The notes under the pieces: generated by a model
Told to the model about the DNA's origin: nothing
What the model saw: only the letters and a program-made list of their open reading frames with translations
Databases searched by the model: none
From: Zygnema circumcarinatum SAG 698-1b
Taxonomy: Eukaryota; Plantae; Zygnematophyceae
Direction of reading: 5' to 3'
NCBI GenBank assembly: GCA_037447605.1
Contig: CM074816.1
Span: forward strand, 372,001-436,000
Length of the DNA: 64,000 nt
Program-made: the position numbers and the translations under genes
Part shown: one piece after another, positions 49,544-59,391 of the stretch
Layout: every line of letters begins with the position of its first letter
Numbering within the stretch: position 1 is the first letter of the stretch

Positions 49544-50894
49544 GGCCATGAAAATGAGGTGAAATGCGCCATGTGGAGTCCCTCAGGGGAGCATTTGGCG
49601 ACGTGCGGGCGCGACAAGAGCGTGTGGGTGTGGGAGGCCCTCAAGGGGAACGAGTTCGAGTGCGCGGCCGTACTGAGCGGACACTCTCAGGACGTGAAGG
49701 CGGTGAGGTGGCACCCGGGGGGGGAGCGCCTGGTCTCGGCCTGCTACGACGACTCGATCAAGGTGGGAGGGAGGGAGGGAGGGAGGGGGGGAGGAGGAGG
49801 GGGNNNNNNNNNNGGAGGGGGAGGTGGGAGGGGAGGGAAGGGAGGGAGGAGCGACGACTCTCTCAGAGTGAGGGGAAGGGAGGTGAGGAGGGCGAGAGGG
49901 AGGGGAGGGGGAGAGAGGGGGAGGGAAGGTAGCGACGACTCAATCAAAGTGAAGGGCAGAGGGGGAGGGAGGTAGGAAGGGAGGGAGGGAGGGAGGGAGG
50001 GGAGGGGAGGGGGAGACAGCGAGAGGGAGGGCGTAAAGACAACTCTATCGAACTGAGGGGGGGGACGTACGGCGGAGGGCAGAGGGGGGGACGGTGTAGC
50101 GACGACTCTATCAAAGTGGGAGGGGTGGGAGTGAGGGAGAGAGGGAAGAGAAGGGAGGAGGAGAAAGAATTTGGGAGATTGTATGAGACGGCGGTTTCAC
50201 GGGACCACCAATGGGAGAGGAACTGGACCTCCCGGTCTCAGGGCTGCCTGGGCTTTAAACAGGGCGGGTGCCACGTAGGCGTAACGTGACCCTTGGGAGG
50301 GGGAGGGAGGTGGACATGGAAGGCGTTGCACATGTTCAGCACTTACATTTTTGGTCTTAAAAGGAAATAGTGCGCTGCTGGTGAAAGGTGTGAAAGAAAG
50401 AATGAGGGAAGTAGGGAGGGAGGAAGTGAGGGATATAGAACGGAAGGGAAGGGGAGAGGAGTGTGCATAGAAGTTATGTGCAGTGCAAATGAAGAAATTG
50501 AAAACAAGGGGAGGTACAGGTGTGGGCGGAGGATCGGGATGAAGAGGAATGGAGATGTGTGCAGACGTTGGGAGGCGCTGCCAAGTATATGCCTCACTCT
50601 CGCTCTCCCTCTTGACCTCTCCCTCTCCCTCTCCCCATCATCCCCTTTCTTTGTACTTGTTTTCAGTATTATTTTCTTTTGTTTTATTGCAGTGGTCATT
50701 CGAGCACTGTGTGGTCGGTGGCCTTCGATGCATCGGGGGACCGCATGGCCTCCTGCAGGTCTGCTTCACAAAATCTATTTCACCTAATGAAGACCTTATT
50801 ATTGAATCTGTGTATTTGCGTCCTCTCCATCTTCAAATTTGTCAATATGATATAGCAGACTATCTTATCGTCTAATATGATGTTTGACGTTGTG

Positions 50895-50944
<50 letters not shown>

Positions 50945-52371
50945 GTTCTTATGTGGCAGTGTATGTACGGATGGCAGAGATGATCTCACATTGAAGGTGT
51001 GGGACACGAGTTCAGAACCAACCGACGAGAAGAAAGGAACGAAGGGCTGGTACGAGGAGGCAGAGGGAGGGGGAGGGAGGGAGGGAGGGAGGGAGAGGGA
51101 GTGGGGGAAGGAGAGAGAGGGAGGGGGGGGGGGGAGGGAGAAAGAGAGGCAGAGGTAGGGGCAGCGAGAGCGGAGAGAGGGAGAGAGAGTGTTTTGGTTG
51201 CTGATACGATATGATACCAAGCTTCGAAGGGGGAGGGTTTAAAAGGAAGAGGAGGAAGGAGAGTAGAGACGGGGTGAGGAAGAGCGAAAAAGAGAGTAGG
51301 AGAAAGAGGCGAACAAAGGAGAGGTTTTCTTTTTTGTTTCTCTTCACAGGTGGTTTCTTGATGGTCCCCTATTTTTTATGTTTGGGGTTTACAGGAAGCA
51401 TCTGTGCACTCTGTCAGGCTATCACGAGAGAACAATCTTTTCTGTCGATTGGTCATCGTGAGTTCTTGTTATTCGGGAAACCCTGAATTTAACATCTACA
51501 GAAAAATCGACCGTGTCCTTTCCATGTTTGACTGCTTCAGTTCAAATGGAAGAAAGAGACATTTGGAGTCCTATACTTACGATGTTGCGAAATCTGTTGG
51601 ACGGATACAGGTTGAACGGTCTCATAGTGACAGGAGCAGCTGACAACTGCATACGACTTTTTGGAGAAGACACAGATGCGCAAGTCAGTGTAAGGGATTA
51701 AGCCATTAGTCGATGCATTATTTGAATAGTTGATTGATTTAGTTAGTCATGTACTTAGTTATTCAGTTTGTGGAATGTGGATTGGTGTGCTGGCGGGCTC
51801 TTACAGGGAGATGATCCGAGTCCCTCTTTCAAGCTCATAGTGCAGAAGGAGAACGCTCACGGCTCTGATGTCAACTGTGTGCGGTGGCATCCCAAGGTAT
51901 GGGGAAGGGAGGGAGGGGGAGATGGGAGGAGGGTGGGGTGAACAGTGCATGGAAAGGAAGGGGAAAGAGAGGGAGCGAGGGAGCGAGGGGGCGAGGAGAG
52001 GGGGAGGTATAGACGATATTGACAAGTTTCAAAAGGGAGAGAATGCGCGCGAGAGAGAGGGGAGAGAGAGGGAAAGGGGGTGGTATAGTTGAAGAGTGGC
52101 GAAAGTGAATGAAAGGAAGGGAGAGAGGGGATGAATTATATGTGGTAGAATTAAGTGGGAAGGGGACTGGGAGAAGGCAGAGAGGAGGGGGGCGGAAGAA
52201 CGTGAAGTACATGTGTTTGTCCTGTGCTGTCTGACGGAATGAAACTGTTTCGGATTTCGCTGTCTACATGGAACATGGCAGGATCCTCGACTCCTTGCAT
52301 CTGCGGGAGATGACGGCGAGATTAAAATTTGGCGGTTGACGGGGGGAGACGAAATCTTGCACCACCTGTGA
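49544..52371 (+). CDS. CIA1: CIA1/CIAO1-like WD40 cytosolic Fe-S assembly protein, 3' portion only
   Basis: GHENEVK...[82 protein letters not shown] and [14 protein letters not shown]. No N-terminal WD repeats were found upstream. Confidence 0.88.
49744..50120 (+). repeat. Degenerate copies of the CIA1 exon-end/5' splice-site sequence inside the following intron
   Basis: Native cgacgactcgatcaag|gtgggagg (donor 49763). Copies gcgacgactctctcagagtgagg (49851), gcgacgactcaatcaaagtgaag (49932), gacaactctatcgaactgagg (50038) and gcgacgactctatcaaagtgggagg (50099). Confidence 0.85.
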
Positions 52372-52866
52372 ATGGCTGTTGAAGGGATAACCGCACAGCG
52401 GCTTAAATCTGTATTTTCTGTGAATATCCAATTGCAACTTCAATCAAATCCAAAAAAAAAAAACCCATCATCCCGTCACTTATCCCGCCAATTCTTTTTC
52501 CCAACTTTTGTTGGGCTTAGGAGGAGGAGAGGGAGAGGGGCTCGTCTCTCAATCCCTTTTTGCTCCTACCCTTCATTACGATGAGAAAACAAAGCCCCAC
52601 TTTAAGGGACAACACGAAGCGTGACAAAACCGTAAGTAGATATTGCAACACGTTCATCCCAAAAAACAATTGCGTTGTGAGCCTATCTATTGGGGGTACA
52701 CGAAATGTACATCTGTGGGCGCCTAGCCTTTACACGACGCCTTCTCAGAAGGGCCTTAGGGTTCAGGGATCAGGGTATTAGACCGTTGTAAAAAAAGAAG
52801 AAACGACTGGACCTGATTTACACGGTACATGGTACATCGTGACGTCAGAAGAGGCTTGCAATCACA

Positions 52867-53216
52867 TCACTTTGGTTTCTTGCTGATGCCAAAGAGGAGG
52901 TTTGTACTGTAGAGGTCCTTTTCGCCGTCCTTCAGAGCTCTGACTCGCTTCGGCCCGATCTGGACAGCGAGAGTGAACGAGAGAGAGATTGGAGTTCCTC
53001 ATGGATTCCAACAATGATCCAACTTACAAACAGGGAGGGAATGGGCGAGGACGATGAGTGAGAGAGAGTGGCAGAGAAAGGAGAGGCAGAGACAGAGGCA
53101 AAGGGAGAGATAGAGGGAGACAAGGGTGATGGTATGGAGTTGGAACTTGCCTTGCGCAAGAGACGATGGCCCAGCCATGGGAAGTACTGCATGACGTACA
53201 TAAACAGAAGGACCGG
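52867..53216 (-). CDS. Last two exons of a DHRS7/At3g03330-like short-chain dehydrogenase; upstream exons not found
   Basis: PVLLFMYVMQYFPWLGHRLLRK (53216-53151) spliced to IGPKRVRALKDGEKDLYSTNLLFGISKKPK* (52959-52867) resembles the C-terminus of plant DHRS7-like SDRs. Confidence 0.7.
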
Positions 53217-54021
53217 CTGCACGTAGAGCACACGGTGACCGTGTCCGTACCCGTAACTTTTTTCGTTTGTCCTTAGGTCCTCTGTGCCCCATGTTGATTT
53301 TGTCCATGTACATTCAATGGCATCGTCATCGTGAGACCAATGCCACATGTTTCCCCCTGATTGATTGTTATGCAGCAAGAGTGACTCATGAAAGGCCACG
53401 AGGTGTAGCCTTGAGGCCGAGCTGCCTGCATGCAGGAGCGTGTTCGACCAGAATCCCGCCGGGCTGCTTAGCTTGGCCGGGAGAATGGCCGGCGGCCGGG
53501 GACCCGCACCCTCCTTGTCGCCGGCGGCAATGGCGGCCGACGGACCGGCGGCATGCGGAGCAGAGACATATATATGTGCGCTCTGCATGAGTGTGTAGAA
53601 TACACGCTACATTCTGCACTCTCCACATGCACTTTGCATTTCGCATTCAATTTTGCATCTTGCGTCTGAATAGATAAGAAAAATGCAGAGTGCACATTGC
53701 TGCATGTAGAGGACACACTCCGCATCCTGCACACTGTGCAGTACGCGAAATGAAAGTGTTGTTCCAATGCAATGCAATGCACAGCGTGGCGCCTGCCGCA
53801 ACCCTTAAATACAGCCTACCCCTGCACGGCATAGCGTGTACGGTCCGTATCGGACACCGTACAAATCGTACCGGGAGCGGCCCGATTCGCCTGCCGATCC
53901 GTACGGTGGAAAACTGGTCAGTCAGTTAGTCATTAAGTTGACCTAGTCAGTTATAGCGGGAGAGAGGGGCCGACGACAAGCCGCATCCCTGCCATCCCTC
54001 CCTCCGCGCACGCACGCAGCC

Positions 54022-55874
54022 ATGGCCATGGCTGCCATGGCCGCGTGGCAGCCATGGCTGCGGAGTATGCGCTACTGCGCGCTGGGTGGAGGGAGAGCCT
54101 TCCTCCTCGCAGCCCCTTCGTTCTCAAGCAACGCGGCGCAGCCTCCGCTGGCAAGGCGCCGACGGCCCTCCCTGGAGACCTTTCGAGCCGAGCACTGCGA
54201 GGTGGGCCTGGCTGCTGCTGCTTGCTCTCTCTTTCTTCTGCAAATTTTTCACGCCTCATGTGCTCCTCTCTTTCCCTCTCCAACTCCCCCCCAGCCCTCT
54301 TTCCCCTACCCACTATCCTCTCCCTCCCGTTCCCCCTCTCACCTCAGAGTGCGCGCCACCTCTCCCTCCATGCAGAAACAGACGCCGGTCATCATCGAGG
54401 GCGCCATGGCGGACTGGCCGGCCCTCCAGTGGACGCCGCAGACGCTGAAGGAGAAGGCCGGCCTGCAGGAGGTGCCTGTAGAGCTTGCCAGGTGGCACTC
54501 CGCGGAGCGGCGCTGGGGGGACTACCGCGACCTTTACCGCCCGCGGGCGGGCCTGCAGGGGGGGGGCAGGGCGGGCGAGGAGGAAGTCTTCATTCCGGGC
54601 GTGCAAAGTACTGCTTCACCTTTTGCCGCGTTTTCTTTGGGGCGAAGGTGTTCAGGAGGCAGGGCAGGAGCTTCAGCTTAAGGCGAGAATTTGAGGAAGA
54701 ATGCGGTGCATTTCTTCAAATCCCTTCATTACTTATCCCTTTATTCATCCGTTTTTTGAAAAAAACTCATATATTGCAAAGCTGATCTGTACCTCTCTGT
54801 CCAGTGCTGCTCGGAGATTTTATCGACATCTTTATGACCTCTCCTGAAGAGGCCGAGGGGCGGCCGGCGGTGCGCGGCTACTTGGCCCAACATCAGCTTC
54901 TGCACGAACTGGCGGCAGACGTGCTGTGAGCGCCGAAGGGACAGAGAGAGGGGCCCCTTCCTTCTCCTATTGGACCCCTCAGGAGGAAAGGAAAGGAAAG
55001 CAGGCCGAGTCATCACTCCATGCGTGCATTGAGCTTCTGCAGAGACCCGGAGTACACAGCAGTGGGGCGGGAGGTTTACCAGCGGAACATTTGGATGGGG
55101 CCGAAGGGCACAGCGACCCCTCTCCATCGTGATCCCTACCACAATCTCTTCGCGCAGGTGAACTTTGCCATTTGCTGAATGGTTGCAGAACCCTCCTTTT
55201 TGTTAAATTTTTCTTGCGATGTGCTTCTTTTGAAGCCCTCCTGTCGTATACTCTCATCATCAAGAAAGTCTATTCTCCTCCTATTCGTCTTCAAGCAGCT
55301 GTGGGGGCGCAAGTATGTGCGGCTATACCCTCCCTCCCAGTCCTCGCGGCTTCACCCTTTCACCGACTCTCTCTTTCTCAGAAATGCCTCTCAGGTAATG
55401 CCTCTTCTTTCAGTCACCTCTGAGTGTGGGAGGGAGCTTTGCAAATAGGGGGTCTTTAGGGCTTTTAGGGTTTTGAGGGTCGCTTTCCAATACTGCACTA
55501 AAGCTGGTGACTTTAGCCTTTCTAAGGAGCTGGGTTCAATCGCAGGTCGATGTGGAGTCTCCGGATGCTGGCGAGAGGTGGCCCGGCTTTTCAGCAGCGA
55601 GCTATTGGGAGTGCGAGCTGGCAGAGGGAGAGATGCTCTACATTCCGCCAAAGTGGTGCGCATGCCTTGCGCGATTGTTATGATGCTGCGTGAACATATT
55701 CACATGTTTTTTGATTTGGATGTTTTTGTGCCAATCATTGGTTTTATTGAGTTGCTTTCATGAGGAAAATTGTGACGAGTTTGTTTTTTTTCTCGATTTG
55801 TGGGTTGGTGCAGGTGGCATTACATCCGGGCCGAGGAGAGCAGCCTGTCTGTGAGCTTTTGGTGGAGCCAATGA
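54022..55874 (+). CDS. JmjC (cupin-like 8) 2-oxoglutarate dioxygenase, JMJD5/KDM8-like
   Basis: PVIIEGAMADWPAL, YLAQHQL, NIWMGPKGTATPLHRDPYHNLFAQ, GRKYVRLYPP, NASQ|VDVESPD, GEMLYIPPK and WHYIR...SVSFWW. The HxD...H iron ligands are intact. Confidence 0.9.
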
Positions 55875-56132
55875 CCTCCAATTTGGTGCATGGTCAATTG
55901 GAAGTGCGGATTGGGGGGGAGGCCTTAATAGGAGAGGAGGGTTCAGCTCTTAAGGGAGAGCCTCTGAAATGGAGGAGAAATCTCTCTCCCGTTTGGTCCC
56001 ACACTTTCTCAGCCGGGTTACTCTCAAGCTGTTGCTCTAGAGTTGAAACTGTTCAAATGTTTACAATGTTAAAGAGTTGGATTACTCCTTGTTGGTTGGG
56101 GAGGGTGCCTCAAACGACTCGATGCTGATCAA

Positions 56133-56166
56133 TGCTATGCGGCACATTGCGATGTGCCGCATAGCA
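56133..56166. other. Perfect hairpin, 15-bp stem and 4-nt loop
   Basis: TGCTATGCGGCACAT-TGCG-ATGTGCCGCATAGCA. Confidence 0.9.
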
Positions 56167-56252
56167 CGGGTCACCCTCCCTCGCTCCCTCCCTCCATCCT
56201 TCCTTCCTCCCTCCCCTCCCTCCCTCCCTCGCCCCCTGTCCCGCGCGGCGCC

Positions 56253-57352
56253 ATGCGGACGCGCCATGGCGGGTACCAGAGCGGCGCGGACGGCCTCACG
56301 TTCCACATCCGCCTCCCGCGGGAGAAGCGTCCTCGCGCGCCGCCCTCGCCCTCGCCCTCGCCCTCCGCCAAACGCGCGCGCCTCGCCGGCCCCGCGCCGC
56401 CCCCCGCCGCCGCCCTCCTCGACCTGCCGGTAAGCGCCCCGCCCCGCCCCGCCCCGCCGCCCTCAATGCTGCCGCCTCGCCCTGGAACGGGCGGCTATGG
56501 CAGCCATGTCGGGCGGGCGGGTGACTAAGTGGAGAATGGGCGTGGCGGAATGTGCAGGACGACGTGCTGTCGCTGGTGATGGTGAAGCTCAGCGNNNNNN
56601 NNNNAGGGGCGGGGGAGGGGGCGGGGCCGCGCCCCGCGTATGTACGGACGGTGTCGGGGCCGCTCCCGTCCGTGCCCTCGCTCGCAACTTCCGGAGCTTT
56701 AGGGAGCCCCGCGGAGGCCCCCCCCCCGCAGCAGCAGCAGCAGCAGCAGGAGGAGGAGGAGGCCGCGGGGAAGGACACTGGGAGGAGGAGGAGGATGGTG
56801 GACGTGCCCGTCGAGCAGGCGGGGACGGGCCATTGGCTCGCGGGAGGAGGGGGCCTCCGCCATCGCGCCGACACCCACCACCACCATCACCATCATCAGC
56901 AGCAGCAGCAGCAGCAGCAGCAGCGGGTCATGGAGGGAGGCGCGCCCTCTCCCCCGCAGCAGGAGGGAGAGGGTCGAGGGGGCGGGCGCGGGGCCCATCC
57001 CATCGCGGAGGCGCGGAGGGAGGGCGCCGCGTGCGAGTGCTGCGAGCGCGGCGCGTGCCAGTCCGTACACCACTTCCTCGCCGACTGGCACCTCCATGGC
57101 CATGGCCGCCCTCCTCCTGCGGCGGAGGAGGCCCTGCGGCGGTGCGGGAACGCGGGGTGCGGGCGGGCGGAGACGCGGCCGCAGGAGTTCCGGTGCTGCT
57201 CCGCCTGCGAGCGCGCCAAGTACTGCAGCCGCTCCTGCCAGGCGCGCAGCTGGCGGGCGGGGCACAAGCGCGCCTGCGCGCTGGAGGGGGGCCCCGCCAT
57301 GGCTGCCATGGCGGTCATGGCGGCCGTGGGGGCAGGGCATGCCGTCGAGTAA
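56253..57352 (+). CDS. F-box/SEL1/MYND copy 3, with about 980 bp replaced by a 10-N gap and a distinct MYND/C-terminus
   Basis: The 5' part is identical to copy 2. 56605-57090 matches copy 1 (reverse complement). After FLADWH the sequence diverges (CGNAGCGRAETRPQEFRCCSACERAKYC). Confidence 0.85.
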
Positions 57353-58880
57353 AGGGAGGGAGGGGGGAGGGTGGGGGGGGGGGAGAGGGGAACTGTCTCG
57401 TTTTTCAATCTATTATTACACATTTTTGCTCTGTATTAGGGCGCTGAATTAGTAGTTTACTTGTGCTGCTCCCTCCGCAGGGGAGGCTGGTGTGGAGAGA
57501 GAGAGGGAGAGGTTAAGCTTTTTGGGGTATGGGGGCGGTAGAGTGTAGGGCTTCTTAGGGTTTTACCGCACTTGCTGCTTATATGCAAGGCTATGCCATG
57601 TTATAGATATATATGGCTTAGAATATTAGGGTTGCTTTGTGCCGGAAGCTGAAGTCGAATGGCTCGCAGCAGGCAGGGTTCAGGAGCGTCGGATTAGGGT
57701 TAGGGCTTGGTGGAGGGAGAGGCTCTCTCATTCACTCACTCCGTCTCGCTAAGTGAGAGGAGCTGTCATCAGTCACGCGGACATACATTCATTCTCTCAG
57801 TACTCAATGCAAACCAGTGAATTTTGACCGATGTCTTGAGTGTCTTTGTAACTGATGGGATGATCGCATGTGAACTAAGCATGAAGGAGCATGTAGGAGA
57901 TTTGTGGCTTGATTGTGCCACCCAACAGAGTTGTTCCTAGGGTGTTGGTGCAATGTACAAAACCCACTGCAGAATTTGCCATTCAATGTTTGCAAGGCAA
58001 CAACAGGGACAAGCCACCCCTAGCAGCCAGGGACGAAGGGATTTGATAGCAGTTGAATCTCTAACATGTGCGGGCCATGTTGTGCTTGCGAGTCGCAAGT
58101 TTCCCCAACCCGCTCTCGTGAACCCATGAACCAATAACATGCACAACGTTTGCCATGCACAACAAAGCGCACGTGCGGCATGTTCCATGCTGCCGGCAGT
58201 TCCACGGCCTGTTCCACGCGTGACAGCCGTCCACAGATCCGGCCCTCCAAATTCCGCGCCCGTCCGTACCGTCCTCAGAACCAGACACGTTGCAGTAAAG
58301 TCCGCTCGTGCGAACATCTCTGGGTCATTTTACTGCTCAATTTGTAACTTTTTCATTTTCGAATATTGGGCATTAATTATTTACTTTTTGGGTCACAATA
58401 CTCGTAATACTGTACGAATACTCGTCGTTTTCTGCGTCACAGCGGCCAGGCCCAGCGCGCCACAGTGCCGTACAGTGTTGTACATCACAGTGCCGTTGGC
58501 GCGGATCCAAACGACAAGAACAGCGACCTCGGCCGCCCGCCAAAGCGCGCTCCCCAACGGGATGACGGCACGTACCGACAAAAAGCAGTTGGCCCGGGGC
58601 GCCCCAAACGCGACAGCCATAATGACGAGCGGGCCGTACCTGGGGCGGGCGCACCTGCTGCCGCCCGCCCGCCCGTCTGCCGGATTCAAGACACCGCGGG
58701 CGGCACTACGGACACGGCCTGTACGGGCCCGGACACGACCCGGGCTGTACGAACTGTACGGTGATTCGCGCGCGGTTTTTCCTCGTGGTTCTTTTCCCAT
58801 GCACGTATGTATGTACAGTCTGGATGCATTTATGAGGGGGAAACTTTCATTGCATTTATGTTGATTTATGGATGTATGTA

Positions 58881-59365
58881 CAGTCTAATCACGTTATAGT
58901 GACCGTGTCGGTCCCCACATGTTTGTGTCACTATATCGGTAATGACCCGTTTGTCATTTCACATTTATAGTAACAATGTTATTAGATATGTTTTTGCGGT
59001 ATATCCGTACGCCTTTGATACCGTACATTGTACTTTTTGGGCAGTCGGCTCGTGGGTAGGTGTGTACGAACCCTAGTGAGCATGTGTACGAACAAGTTGA
59101 CATGTACGGTCAAGTCGATATCTGACGGTATTAGTCGATAATGTGTACGGTCGTAATGTATTTGATAACGCATATGCCAATACGTGGGTGGATAATATCG
59201 ACATTTTGAACATACAGTAACAATTAGGGCTTTTCAGCGTCGTTATATCCGTAATGACGTCACTACTGGCGCAGGATCTGCAGTGGTGCAATTCCGTTCC
59301 CGGAAAAAAAGTCAGAATATCAATGCTGTTCTTGTAAACAGTGTCACTATAACGTGATTAGACTG
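58881..59365. mobile_element. 485-bp MITE, Tc1/mariner type (TA target duplication)
   Basis: Perfect 23-bp TIRs CAGTCTAATCACGTTATAGTGAC (58881-58903) and GTCACTATAACGTGATTAGACTG (59343-59365), flanked by TA on both sides. No long ORF inside. Confidence 0.88.
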
Positions 59366-59391
59366 TATGTATGCCGCGCTTGTTGATGAAG

